Program-made: the position numbers and the translations under genes
Notes under the pieces: model-generated
Databases searched by the model: none
What the model saw: only the letters and a program-made list of their open reading frames with translations
What the model was told of the DNA's origin: nothing
DNA from: Nitrospirota bacterium
GTDB lineage: Bacteria > Nitrospirota > Nitrospiria > Nitrospirales > Nitrospiraceae
Direction of reading: 5' to 3'
NCBI GenBank assembly: GCA_963701855.1
Contig: CAVPBK010000006.1
Coordinates: forward strand, 128,001 to 192,000
DNA: 64,000 bases
In this document: positions 30,876 to 42,800 of the stretch, in pieces
Numbering within the stretch: position 1 is the first letter of the stretch
Layout of the letters: each line of letters opens with the position of its first letter

Positions 30876-31109
30876 CAATGTTTGCCTACTGCCCAACCGT
30901 GCAGACCGTAAAGTTTCCCATACACCTGTAGTTTTACTCCCGCACTGCCGGCACAATGCCAGCAGGTAATTGGACAGGTACTTAGGATTTCAGTTATTCT
31001 ACAACCGCTTTTGCCCAGTAATCGGTCTTGTGTGAGCCCCATGACTGGGAAAGTAATCAGCCTGATCGTATTGCTATTTTTGATGCACGACAAAGGAGGA
31101 TATCTCACA

Positions 31110-31379
31110 ATGGCTCATTCTCAATCCGACACAGTCCATGTCTTCGATACGTGGGTGAAGGGTACGAAGCGGCTGCTGCACTTTGACGTGATGACGACTG
31201 ATGAGGCGACAGCGCTGACGCTCGCCAAGCAGCATCTGGCCAGCATTGGGGAGGGCGACGTGCCGGTGACAGTGAAAGAATGTCAGTTCTGTCACACTGA
31301 ACCGCTCGTGATGTTTTCCCCCGAACAACAGCGGCAATTTCGCGAGCAAGGCGGGTTCATCATCACCCTCTCGACCTGA
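31110..31379 (+). CDS. DUF2024-like protein
   Basis: VHVFDTWVK...HFDV...CQFCH; RBS aaggagg. Confidence 0.75.
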   Translation: MAHSQSDTVHVFDTWVKGTKRLLHFDVMTTDEATALTLAKQHLASIGEGDVPVTVKECQFCHTEPLVMFSPEQQRQFREQGGFIITLST

Positions 31380-31391
31380 GCGCGCGCGAGG

Positions 31392-31516
31392 GTTGATTTG
31401 GTTCATCTGGTCTGTCTGGTTCATCTGGTTAGTTTCGTTCAACCAAAAAACCAGACAAACCAAACAAACCAAATAACGGTTTTCTTACGCTGACGGGCTT
31501 TTTCAGCATCCTGCTA
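31392..31516. repeat. family C array followed by a family B right end
   Basis: (ttcatctgg)n GTTCAAC (caaaccaaa)n, then ctttttcagcatcctgcta. Confidence 0.75.
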
Positions 31517-32035
31517 TGAAGCTGGTGGAGACTCGTGAGGCAAGAGGGGCACATCTTTCTTCTCAAAGGCGAAATGAATGATCAAGAAGACGACCCCCAC
31601 GCTGATCGCCGAATCGGCGACATTGAAAGCCGGCCAATGGTAGGAGTCCACATAGACATCGAGAAAATCGATCACCTCGCCATACCGTAATCGATCGATC
31701 AAATTCCCGATCGCCCCTCCAAGAATTCCCGCAATACTGAGCTGCCCCATCCAATCTTTCTTCGGCAACCGGAAGAGAATCGTTCCTAGTAGGGCCAGAG
31801 CAAACAGCGATGTGACCCCGAAGAACACCATGCGAAATGCGTCGCTGCTACCGGCCAGCAATCCAAAGGCGGCGCCGGGATTACGGATATAGGTCAGGCT
31901 GAAGAGATTGGGAACGATCGGAATGGATTCATTCAGTCGCATCGACTGCACGATAGACAGCTTCGTCGCCTGATCGATCGCGACGATCGCGCCGGCCAGC
32001 AACGCCAGGAGCAGATAGCGAAGAGGCCCGCTCAT
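31514..32035 (-). CDS. lspA: lipoprotein signal peptidase
   Basis: DQATK, NPGAAFG, GNLIDR, VIDF, PAFNVAD. Confidence 0.97.
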   Translation of the reverse strand: MSGPLRYLLLALLAGAIVAIDQATKLSIVQSMRLNESIPIVPNLFSLTYIRNPGAAFGLLAGSSDAFRMVFFGVTSLFALALLGTILFRLPKKDWMGQLSIAGILGGAIGNLIDRLRYGEVIDFLDVYVDSYHWPAFNVADSAISVGVVFLIIHFAFEKKDVPLLPHESPPAS

Positions 32036-34854
32036 CACTGCACCGCCTCCACGCAACGATCGCAGAGCGTCGGATGGGTGGAGTCTTTCCCAACCGCCTC
32101 TCGATAGTTCCAACAGCGTTCGCACTTGGCGTGCGTCGACTTGGTTACGGAGATTGCGAAGTTGGAGTCAGACACCGCACCGGACCGAATATCCGACGTC
32201 ACCTCCGACACAATGAACAGCGTAGCTAAGTCACTGCACGCGTTTATTATCCACATGCCGGTCCTTGCATCCATCGTAAGATGGACATGCGCCTCAAGCG
32301 AAGACCCAATGACCTTCTCCCGCCGCCTCTCCTCCAATACCCCTTGGACCTGGCTACGGTATTTCAACAGCCGCTCCCATCTCTCAGCTAACGCGGCATC
32401 CTGCCATTGAGGCTGAACCTCCGGGAATGTACTCAGATGGACGCTGCTCACTCCGAGACGCCCCCCTGGCTGCGCGGCCAAGGTCCGCCAAATCTCCTCA
32501 GCTGTAAAGCTCAACACTGGAGCCATCAACTTCGTCATCGCGACGACGATCTCGAAGAGCACCGTCTGCGATCCACGACGCAAGGGCGAATCGGCCCGGA
32601 AGGTATAGAGACGATCCTTGAGAATATCGAGGTAGACGGAACTCAGATCCACCGAGCAAAAATTGTTGAGTGCATGGAAGATCGTGTGAAACTCAAACTC
32701 GTCATAGGATTTCCCAACCCGCAAAATCAACTCGCTGAGCCGATGCAGAGCCCAGCGATCCAATTCAGGCAGCTGCTCATAGGAGATTCGGTCCTTCTCT
32801 GGATCAAAGTCGTACAGATTACTCAGCAAGAAACGGCAGGTATTCCGAATCTTTCGATAGGCTTCTATGAGGTGGGTCAGAATTTCAGGAGAAATTCGAA
32901 CATCCTCGCGATAGTCCTGCGCCGAGACCCACAGACGCAGGATTTCTGCGCCTGATTGTTTGATCACGTCCTGCGGTGCGACGACATTTCCCGCCGATTT
33001 GGACATCTTCTTGCCCTGCCCATCGAGGACAAACCCGTGGGTCAAGACAGCCTTGTATGGCGCGCGATGATCCGTAACGACACCGGTCAGCAAGGCACTG
33101 TGGAACCAGCCCCGATGCTGATCCGACCCTTCGAGATAGAGGTCAGCCGGCCACCACTTCCGAGCTTTCAACACCGCGGCATAACTGACACCCGACTCGA
33201 ACCAGACGTCGAGAATATCCCGTTCCTTCTCGAATGCCGCCCCGCCGCACTTCGAACAGGTCGTGCCCTTGGGCAACAGATCGGCAGCCGATTGCTCGAA
33301 CCATACATCGGCCCCTTTGGACTCCATCAACGTGGCTATGTGCTCGATCACGTTCGGATCAGCCAGGACAGACCGGCACCCGACGCAGGTGAAACCGGGA
33401 ATCGGCACACCCCACACGCGCTGACGAGACAAACACCAATCGGGACGGTTCTCAATCATCCCGTTGATCCGATCACGGCCATAGGCTGGAATCCATCGGA
33501 CCCGTTCGATCTCCGCCAGCGCTTCTTTCCGAAGGTCGTTTATCTCCATCGACACGAACCACTGTTCGGTGGCGCGGAAGATGACGGGATTCTTGCAGCG
33601 CCAACAGTGCGGATAGGAGTGATTCAATGACCCATGACCGAGCAAACGTCCGTTGGCCTGTAGGAACTCCACAATCTTTGGATTTGCCTTCAACACATGC
33701 TGACCGGAAAATTCTTTCACAACATCGGTAAACCGCCCGCTATTGTCGACCGGCGCCAGAATCTCCAACTTTTCCCCCGACGACGCCTTGGCATTGTGCT
33801 CAAGGACGAGGATGTAGTCTTCCATGCCATGACCCGGCGCAATATGGACACAGCCGGTTCCCTGATCGAGAGTGACAAAGTCACCAAGTAGAATCGGGGA
33901 TAGGCCGGTGGTCAGAGGCCGTTGCGTTTCGATTCCTTCGAATCCTTCGCGCCCTTTCTTCACCCCGAACACGCGAGCCCCTTCGAGCTTGCAGACCTTT
34001 GTCACGCTCTCAAGAAGCTTCTCCGCCAGGATCAACACCTCGTCGCCGACCTGGATAAACGCATAGTCGATCTCGCCATGGAGACAGACTGCTTGATTGG
34101 CCGGGAGGGTCCATGGGGTGGTCGTCCAGATCACGACCGAGACCAACTTGATACCGAGGGGGAAGGAGATGCCGGGAAAGGTCTGACTAAGCACCGTGGG
34201 CGACGTGACCAGCGGAAATTTCACATAGATCGAGGGAGAGGTGTGATCTTCGTATTCGACTTCAGCCTCGGCAAGGGCGGTTTGGTCCGCCGTGCACCAG
34301 AGCACCGGCTTCAGTCCTTTATAGACACCACCACGCTCCACGAATTTTCCGAACTCACGGATGATCGTGGCCTCATAGCCGGGACTCATCGTGAGATAGG
34401 GGTGCTGCCAATCGCCCAAGATACCGAGCCGCTGAAACTCCTCACGCTGAATCGTACAGAACTTCTCCGCATATTCCCGGCAGAGTCGGCGAATGGCCGG
34501 AGTATCGAGCGTCTTTTTCTTGTCCCCGAGTTCTTTGAGGACTTGATGTTCGATCGGAAGGCCATGGCAATCCCACCCTGGCACATAAGGCACCTGGTAA
34601 CCCGCCATTGTTTTCGATTTGACGATGATGTCCTTGAGGATCTTATTCAGCGCGTGACCGATATGAATTCGACCATTGGCGTAAGGCGGCCCATCGTGCA
34701 AGACATACAGTGGCCGGCCTTTCCCTGCCTCCTGAATCTGTTCGTACAACCGTTCCTTCTCCCATGAGGCAAGGAGTTCAGGCTCCCGCTGCGGCAAGTT
34801 CGCCTTCATGGGAAAATCGGTCTTGGGGAGATTGAGTGTGGCCTTGTAGTCCAT
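32035..34854 (-). CDS. ileS: isoleucine-tRNA ligase
   Basis: HIGH and KMSKS motifs, C-terminal CERC..CDRC Zn finger. Confidence 0.99.
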   Translation of the reverse strand: MDYKATLNLPKTDFPMKANLPQREPELLASWEKERLYEQIQEAGKGRPLYVLHDGPPYANGRIHIGHALNKILKDIIVKSKTMAGYQVPYVPGWDCHGLPIEHQVLKELGDKKKTLDTPAIRRLCREYAEKFCTIQREEFQRLGILGDWQHPYLTMSPGYEATIIREFGKFVERGGVYKGLKPVLWCTADQTALAEAEVEYEDHTSPSIYVKFPLVTSPTVLSQTFPGISFPLGIKLVSVVIWTTTPWTLPANQAVCLHGEIDYAFIQVGDEVLILAEKLLESVTKVCKLEGARVFGVKKGREGFEGIETQRPLTTGLSPILLGDFVTLDQGTGCVHIAPGHGMEDYILVLEHNAKASSGEKLEILAPVDNSGRFTDVVKEFSGQHVLKANPKIVEFLQANGRLLGHGSLNHSYPHCWRCKNPVIFRATEQWFVSMEINDLRKEALAEIERVRWIPAYGRDRINGMIENRPDWCLSRQRVWGVPIPGFTCVGCRSVLADPNVIEHIATLMESKGADVWFEQSAADLLPKGTTCSKCGGAAFEKERDILDVWFESGVSYAAVLKARKWWPADLYLEGSDQHRGWFHSALLTGVVTDHRAPYKAVLTHGFVLDGQGKKMSKSAGNVVAPQDVIKQSGAEILRLWVSAQDYREDVRISPEILTHLIEAYRKIRNTCRFLLSNLYDFDPEKDRISYEQLPELDRWALHRLSELILRVGKSYDEFEFHTIFHALNNFCSVDLSSVYLDILKDRLYTFRADSPLRRGSQTVLFEIVVAMTKLMAPVLSFTAEEIWRTLAAQPGGRLGVSSVHLSTFPEVQPQWQDAALAERWERLLKYRSQVQGVLEERRREKVIGSSLEAHVHLTMDARTGMWIINACSDLATLFIVSEVTSDIRSGAVSDSNFAISVTKSTHAKCERCWNYREAVGKDSTHPTLCDRCVEAVQ

Positions 34855-34952
34855 AACCTGTCCGGTCTCTCGTGCAAACCTTAGAACGTGATTGGGATCA
34901 AGGGTTGGAATATACCGGAATGACAGGCGGGGCACCAGTCCTTAGCTTTGAT

Positions 34953-35077
34953 GCGGGGTCGTCAAAAACGTCTTCCAGCAAGGCCGCAGCGAGCGGACAT
35001 GCGAGGCGTACCCTTGCGGTACGTTGAGCTTGTGCGCGATGCGAGAACGACGCTGGAGGCGTTTTTCACGATCCCGC
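34953..35077. mobile_element. family B element
   Basis: gtcaaaaacgtcttccagcaaggccgcag..gtacgttgag..gagaacgacgctggaggcgtttttcac. Confidence 0.75.
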
Positions 35078-35080
35078 CCG

Positions 35081-36184
35081 CTAACTGACGGCCATCATGC
35101 GGTCTAGCGCAACCTTCGCCCAATGCTTCTCGTCATCTGGAACGACGATGTGGTTCACAACGTGGCCGTCGGCAAGGTTTTCCATCGCCCAGCAGAGATG
35201 GGCTCCATCGATCCGGAACATCGTCGCGCACTGGCAGACCGTGGAGGAAAGGAAGAAAATTTTCTTGTCGGTGAGATCGCGCTTCAATCGATTGACCAAA
35301 TTCAATTCAGTTCCCACCGCCCAAGCCGTCCCAGCCGGCGCCGCCGTCACTGTACGGATAATAAATTCAGTGGACCCGGACAGGTCTGCCCGATTGACGA
35401 CATCCTCGTGGCATTCGGGATGGACAATCACCTTCCCAGCCGGATACTGCTTGCGGAAATTATCCACATGCACTGGCTGGAACATCTGATGCACACTGCA
35501 GTGGCCTTTCCAGAGAATGAGCTTCGCGCGCTGAATTGCCTCACGCGTATTGCCACCATTTGGTTGATAGGGATCCCAGACGATCATCTCTTCTCGCGGA
35601 AGCCCCATCTTGTTGGCCGTATTGCGGCCCAAGTGCTCATCTGGAAAGAAGAGAATTTTCTCCCGCCTGGCCCAGGACCATTCGATTACCGCCTTCGCGT
35701 TGGAGGACGTACAGGTAATCCCGCCATGTTCGCCGCAAAAAGCTTTGAGCACCGCAGCAGAGTTCACATAGACGGCCGGCATGACAGTCTCTTCCACGGG
35801 AAGAATGCGTCCTAACGTCTCCCAACATTGATCGACCTGCTCAATGGCCGCCATGTCCGCCATAGAGCAGCCTGCTGCCATATCCGGGAGGATCACCGTT
35901 TGCTTGGAACGGCTCAGGATGTCGGCGGTCTCGGCCATGAAGTGAACGCCGCAAAAGACAATATAGGGCCGCTCCGACCGCTCGGCTGCCAGTTTCGAGA
36001 GCAGGAGGGAATCCCCGCGAAAGTCCGCATGTTCGATGACTTCATCCCGCTGATAGTTATGGCCTAGAATCATGACCCGATCACCCAGCACACGTTTAGC
36101 CTCAACAGTCCGACGGAACAGTTCATCCGCAGACAGTTGCTGGTAGTCCGTGATCGGTTTCGGAAGTGTCGAGACCGTTCGCAT
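35081..36184 (-). CDS. nadA: quinolinate synthase
   Basis: HNYQ, FCGVHFMAE, AGCSMA, HPEC, CATM. Confidence 0.96.
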   Translation of the reverse strand: MRTVSTLPKPITDYQQLSADELFRRTVEAKRVLGDRVMILGHNYQRDEVIEHADFRGDSLLLSKLAAERSERPYIVFCGVHFMAETADILSRSKQTVILPDMAAGCSMADMAAIEQVDQCWETLGRILPVEETVMPAVYVNSAAVLKAFCGEHGGITCTSSNAKAVIEWSWARREKILFFPDEHLGRNTANKMGLPREEMIVWDPYQPNGGNTREAIQRAKLILWKGHCSVHQMFQPVHVDNFRKQYPAGKVIVHPECHEDVVNRADLSGSTEFIIRTVTAAPAGTAWAVGTELNLVNRLKRDLTDKKIFFLSSTVCQCATMFRIDGAHLCWAMENLADGHVVNHIVVPDDEKHWAKVALDRMMAVS

Positions 36185-36318
36185 AGATTCCTTGACGAAA
36201 TAGCGTACAGCATCATTCTACGTTAGGGTTTCCCGACAATCAATGAAGCAGCCGTTACAAAGAGGTCCTACACGGACGACAACCCTCTTGGCTCAACCCC
36301 AATAGGCCTAATACCCCG

Positions 36319-36347
36319 TTGACAACGCAAATGGCCGGCGCTACGAT
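36319..36347 (+). promoter_or_regulatory. sigma70 promoter of thiC
   Basis: TTGACA-17 bp-TACGAT. Confidence 0.7.
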
Positions 36348-36356
36348 TCTCCGTCG

Positions 36357-36445
36357 AAGCTAGGGGAGCCACACGGCTGAGAGTCCGCCCAAATCGGACG
36401 ACCCTCAGAACCTGACCTGGGTAATACCAGCGTAGGGAAGCGAGA
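36357..36445 (+). ncRNA. TPP riboswitch
   Basis: GGGGAGCC..GGCTGAGA..ACCC..GAACCTGA.CTGGGTAATACCAGCGTAGGGAA upstream of thiC. Confidence 0.95.
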
Positions 36446-36470
36446 ACAACTGGAACTGTTGGTCTCTCTG

Positions 36471-36506
36471 CCGCACCCCCTGCTAATGGTGCGGTTTTTT
36501 ATTTTT
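36471..36506 (+). terminator. riboswitch expression-platform terminator
   Basis: ccgcacc...ggtgcgg followed by a T tract. Confidence 0.75.
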
Positions 36507-36515
36507 GACAGCTGA

Positions 36516-38462
<1,947 letters not shown>

Positions 38463-38467
38463 GGCAT

Positions 38468-38591
38468 GCGAGGATGCTCAAAACGGTCATCCAACAAGAC
38501 ACGAGGGAATCGAAACCGGAAACGTACCCTCGGGTACGTTGAGGATTTCGATGAGCCGAGAACGAAGTTGGAGGCCGTTTTCAGCATCCGT
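38468..38591. mobile_element. family B element
   Basis: ggatgctcaaaacgg...gtacgttgag...ccgtttttcagcatcc. Confidence 0.75.
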
Positions 38592-38608
38592 TGAACGGAG
38601 AATCGACC

Positions 38609-39409
38609 ATGAGTAAGCCACGACCAGCCCCGCTAAGAGAAAGAGATATTACTCGACAGATCGCGCGTGAATACTATAAGGAATTCGACCAGCTCATCGA
38701 GAGCGATGTGATCATTGTCGGCGCCGGACCTTCCGGCTTGATCTGCGCCCATGATCTGGCTGCGATGGGATTTCGGACGGTCATCGTCGAACAAAGCCTT
38801 GCCCTTGGCGGCGGGTTTTGGTCAGGTGGTTATCTGATGAACAAAGCCACGATCTGCGAACCGGCCAATGAGATCCTTGAAGAGATCGGCGTACCCTGCA
38901 AGAAAATCACGGAATGCGAGGGCATGTACATGGTCGATCCTCCGCACGCCACCGGTGCGCTGATTGCTGCTGCATACAGAGGCGGCGCCAAGATCATGAA
39001 CCTCACGAGAGTCCTCGACTTAGTGCTCCGTCGAGACGGTGTGCTCGAAGGCGTGGTGGTCAACAACACGACGGCTGAAATGGCCGGCCATGACATGATC
39101 CACGTGGATCCCATCGCACTCGAAAGCAAAATCGTGGTGGACGCGACGGGCCACGATGCCGTCGTCGTGGAACTCTTGCACAAACGCAATCTCTACAAAG
39201 CCGTGCCCGGCAACGGTGCCATGTGGGTTTCTCGGTCCGAAGAAGAGGTGATGGACCGGACCGGGGAGGTCTATCCCAACTGTTTCGTCATTGGGCTAGC
39301 AGTAGCGGCAGTCTACGGTACCCCGCGCATGGGACCGGCATTCGGCTCAATGTTGCTCTCGGGGCGCTACGGTGCGGAGTTGATTAAGAAAAAGTTGAAG
39401 AACGAATAA
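38609..39409 (+). CDS. thi4: Thi4-type thiazole synthase (His, sulfide-dependent type)
   Basis: GAGPSG, GGGFWSGG, HVDP, DATGHD, PRMGPAFGSM. Confidence 0.9.
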   Translation: MSKPRPAPLRERDITRQIAREYYKEFDQLIESDVIIVGAGPSGLICAHDLAAMGFRTVIVEQSLALGGGFWSGGYLMNKATICEPANEILEEIGVPCKKITECEGMYMVDPPHATGALIAAAYRGGAKIMNLTRVLDLVLRRDGVLEGVVVNNTTAEMAGHDMIHVDPIALESKIVVDATGHDAVVVELLHKRNLYKAVPGNGAMWVSRSEEEVMDRTGEVYPNCFVIGLAVAAVYGTPRMGPAFGSMLLSGRYGAELIKKKLKNE

Positions 39410-39427
39410 CCTGTCCCAGCGGTACCT

Positions 39428-39638
39428 GAGGCCGATCAAAAAGGTCATCCAGCAAGGCCGCAGGGAGTGCGAACCCGGAGGAGGTACCGCCCGCACTTCG
39501 TGGGGCCGTTCGCCTGTATAATGAATCCTGGCGAACGGAAAATCCCCTCCAGTACCTCCGGCCTCCTAGAGTTTCAATTGGTACGTTGAGGAATTGCACG
39601 ACTGAGAACGAAGCTGGGGACATTTTTCATCGAAGCCG
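39428..39638. mobile_element. family B element with nested insert
   Basis: gatcaaaaaggtcatccagcaaggccgcag ... gctggggacatttttcatc; internal insert shared with 56518-56580. Confidence 0.7.
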
Positions 39639-39642
39639 CACT

Positions 39643-40158
39643 ATGGATGTACAAGATTTTTTAGTACAAGGCGAAGGCCACGAAGAAGATAAGCGCGAAG
39701 CCTGGCAACTCTTCCAACAGGCCTATGAACGCCAGATGAAGGGCGAACTGGAAGAGGCCGTGACGCTCTACAAGAAATCGATTGAGACTCATCCGACTGC
39801 CGAGGCCTATACCTTCCTCGGGTGGACCTACAGCTTCATGGGACGACTCGACGATGCGATCGAGGAATGTCACAAGGCGATTGCACAGGACCCAGATTTC
39901 GGCAACCCCTATAACGACATCGGGGCCTACCTGATCGAAAAAAACGAACTCGACGAAGCAATTGTCTGGTTTCAAAAAGCCCTGCTGGCAAGACGCTATG
40001 AGAGCCCGGCCTTCCCTCATCTCAATCTGGGTCGGGTCTACGAACGCAAGGGCCAATGGACCGAGGCCATTGATTCCTACAAGAAAGCTCTGGCCCTCAA
40101 TCCCAGCTACGCCTTGGCAAAAAAAGCGCTGGGACGATTGATCAGCTCGTTGAACTGA
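39643..40158 (+). CDS. TPR protein
   Basis: TPR repeats (AEAYTFLG, PYNDIG, PHLNLG). Confidence 0.85.
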   Translation: MDVQDFLVQGEGHEEDKREAWQLFQQAYERQMKGELEEAVTLYKKSIETHPTAEAYTFLGWTYSFMGRLDDAIEECHKAIAQDPDFGNPYNDIGAYLIEKNELDEAIVWFQKALLARRYESPAFPHLNLGRVYERKGQWTEAIDSYKKALALNPSYALAKKALGRLISSLN

Positions 40159-40248
40159 GCGCCGCGTTTATTTGGTTCATTTGGTTTATTCTGGTCTATC
40201 TGGTCTGGCAAAAATGTCTCGACTCGTGACGCTGATAGCGAAACTGTA

Positions 40249-40728
40249 GTGGCCACTTATATGACGACGAATACTCTCCAAACAAACAAAACAAACCAGA
40301 CAGACCAGATAGACCAGACAGACCAGAAAACCATTCTCGTCGCCGTCACCGACATCTTTTTCTACACCAAAGTCCGCGACGCCCTGATGTCTAAGGGCTA
40401 CCGGATTGAGCGGGCTCGCACACAACAGGACATCGCCGAAAAGGCCTCGGCAATAGCCCCGTCTGCATTCATTTTAAATATGAACGACGAGCGACTAGAC
40501 GCCTTTCAAGCCCTGGAAATACTCAAAGCTGACGCAGGCATGAAGACCATTCCCATCCTCGCCTTTGCCAATCATGAAGAAGTCGATACGTTTAATCGGG
40601 CCAGAGCCCTGGGTGTGGCTAAGATTGTCTCGCGCAATGAGTTCTCCTCACGGCTCAAAGACCTAGTGGAGGAAACTCTCGCGGCTCCCCCTACGCCTCA
40701 CGTTTCACGCCTCACGGATTTAGGATGA
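40249..40728 (+). CDS. receiver (CheY-like) domain protein, atypical
   Basis: ILVAV..GYRI..IPILAF..ARALG pattern without the canonical phospho-Asp; repeat-derived N-terminus. Confidence 0.65.
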   Translation: MATYMTTNTLQTNKTNQTDQIDQTDQKTILVAVTDIFFYTKVRDALMSKGYRIERARTQQDIAEKASAIAPSAFILNMNDERLDAFQALEILKADAGMKTIPILAFANHEEVDTFNRARALGVAKIVSRNEFSSRLKDLVEETLAAPPTPHVSRLTDLG

Positions 40729-41816
40729 AGCACTCACCCATCCACCATCTCCACACGAAACTTGATGCAACCTTTGAAGAGGTCGCCGGATGGGAGATGC
40801 CCGCTCACTATGGCAAGTGGGTCGCGGAATATCAGGCGGTGCGCCAGGCAGTCGGACTTTCCGACCTCTCGCACCGTGGCAAGATCCGCGTCATTGGCGA
40901 CGATCGCGTGAAATGGCTGCAGGGCCTCATTAGCAACGATATTCTCCCGCTCCAGCCAGGCGAGGGCCGCTATTCAAGCTTTCTCACCCACAAGGGGAAG
41001 ATGCTCGGCTATTTTCGAGTTTATACCCTGTCTGAAAGCCTGTGGGTGGAAGATGTCGGTGAAGTCGGCGACGCCACCTTCCAAGCCCTTAGAAAGTTTC
41101 TGCTCTACGGCATCAAAGCAAAGATGGAGAACTGTGCAGAATCCTGGGGACTCTTGCTTGTCAGCGGGCCCAGGGCCTGCGCGACCGTCAGCGCCGCCTT
41201 CGGCGTCGAGATGAGCGACCTTGATCCAGTGAACGCCATCGCAGCCCAGATCGGCGGCCATGCCTCGTTCGTCCTGCGTACAGAAGAAACCGGAGAGGAT
41301 GACCTAGAGATATTACTGCCTGCCGATGCCCTCCACACGGCCTGGGAACGGCTCATGGAGGCCGGCGCAACATACGGCATCAAGGCGGTCGGCAGCCACG
41401 CTCGTGAGGCCCTCCGCATTGAAGCAGGGCTTCCAAAGGCCGGGCCGGACCTTAATGAAGAGATCGTCCCACCGGAAGCGAATCTGGAAGGGAAAGCGTT
41501 CAGCTTGAATAAGGGCTGCTATCCCGGGCAAGAAGTCGTGGCGAGGATGGATACCTACGGCAACGTACGGCGGCATTTAGTCGGGCTCGTCATGAATGGC
41601 TCGATCATCCCGCCGAGAGGCGCCAAGCTATTCAGCGGAGACCGGGAAGTCGGCTGGGTCAGCAGTGCGACGCACTCGCCACAGCTCAAGACCCCTATCG
41701 CCCTGGCATTCCCACTCCGAGACTTTTCAGCCCTCGGCACCAACCTCACCGTTGAAGTCGATGGTGTGCGCCACGAGGCAACGGTCCACGCGCTCCCCTT
41801 CTACCGCCGCGCCTAG
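40725..41816 (+). CDS. GcvT/YgfZ family folate-binding protein
   Basis: DLSHRGKI, LRIEAG, KGCYPGQE. Confidence 0.9.
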   Translation: MKHSPIHHLHTKLDATFEEVAGWEMPAHYGKWVAEYQAVRQAVGLSDLSHRGKIRVIGDDRVKWLQGLISNDILPLQPGEGRYSSFLTHKGKMLGYFRVYTLSESLWVEDVGEVGDATFQALRKFLLYGIKAKMENCAESWGLLLVSGPRACATVSAAFGVEMSDLDPVNAIAAQIGGHASFVLRTEETGEDDLEILLPADALHTAWERLMEAGATYGIKAVGSHAREALRIEAGLPKAGPDLNEEIVPPEANLEGKAFSLNKGCYPGQEVVARMDTYGNVRRHLVGLVMNGSIIPPRGAKLFSGDREVGWVSSATHSPQLKTPIALAFPLRDFSALGTNLTVEVDGVRHEATVHALPFYRRA

Positions 41817-41935
41817 CAGGACGCTCAAAAAGTCCGCCCGCGTCGTTCTCGCATCACTCAGAGGCTCAACGTACCGAAGCGTACGTCTCGCCTCTTCGCG
41901 TGCTGCGGCTCGTGAACAGCCTTTTTGAGGTCCGC
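41814..41935. mobile_element. family B element, reverse orientation
   Basis: cgtcgttctcgc..ctcaacgtac..gctgcggc..ctttttgag. Confidence 0.75.
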
Positions 41936-41940
41936 GATCG

Positions 41941-42423
41941 CTATTTCTCCGGATTTCTGACTGACGACACGGCGCTAGCGAAAGCGAGCAAACTCTTCCG
42001 CTCGTCGTCTTCGAGCGCCAGCAAGAGGTGGGCCTCTTCGGCATGCATCAGCCGAAGGCTCAGGAACGGTTCTTCACGGCGTTTCTCCTTGTTGTCCCAC
42101 ATCGCATCAGTCAGCTGAACTTTGTCCAGCTGACTGACCGACACAACGTCGTAGCGAAAATACGAATCGCCGATAACCATATCAAACACGACGTTGCCGG
42201 CAGTGAGCAACACCAGATTAAAGCGCCCCTGATCTTCGTAGCCCTCCGGCAAAAATTTGTTGATGTGGCAAAGCGCGACCTTGCGACTCCCCAAGGCTGC
42301 CCGGAACTTTTCCTTCAGCATCGGGTAATCGATCTGCATGGCCTTTTCATCAAGCCCAGTCGCCGCAGCTGCGGCGTTCTGAGCCATTTCAAAAATCTCA
42401 TCCGCTGACATCAACCCTGCCAT
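41941..42423 (-). CDS. hypothetical protein
   Basis: 160-aa ORF with RBS aaagga; no recognised motif. Confidence 0.7.
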   Translation of the reverse strand: MAGLMSADEIFEMAQNAAAAATGLDEKAMQIDYPMLKEKFRAALGSRKVALCHINKFLPEGYEDQGRFNLVLLTAGNVVFDMVIGDSYFRYDVVSVSQLDKVQLTDAMWDNKEKRREEPFLSLRLMHAEEAHLLLALEDDERKSLLAFASAVSSVRNPEK

Positions 42424-42450
42424 CTGTGTAGTCCTTTCATCCGAGCACAG

Positions 42451-42702
42451 TTAACTTGCCATACGCCGGGCCTTCACGGCCCTGGCCACGCCGACCAGTC
42501 CAAGAGCGGCCCACGCAAACTCAAGGAAAATGAATCCCACCCGCTGATCCACAATTGCGACGATTCCCAACAACAACGACCCAACGATGTTGAACGCGAG
42601 GTATCCCGCGTTCAACTCACGCCAGATCCCACCCTGAAGCAGACCATACGCCGACAGTACCATCAGAGCGCCCAGCACGGAAATCAGCTGCAACAGCATC
42701 AT
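42451..42702 (-). CDS. small membrane protein (CBU_0592-like)
   Basis: GALMVLSAY..Y..FNIVGSLLL..FIFLEFAW. Confidence 0.7.
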   Translation of the reverse strand: MMLLQLISVLGALMVLSAYGLLQGGIWRELNAGYLAFNIVGSLLLGIVAIVDQRVGFIFLEFAWAALGLVGVARAVKARRMAS

Positions 42703-42800
42703 GCACCTCGCCCCGATCTCAAACACAGTGCAAGCGAATGTGTACCGTAACTGGCCACCCGTCCCGAATTCAAGAGGAGCTTTTCTGCGGACTGTGACAG

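Noticed and set aside
32407..34767. Long antisense ORFs over ileS (similarly over proB, pyrD, Fic, exbBD)
   Set aside because: Shadow frames of GC-rich genes with no recognisable motifs
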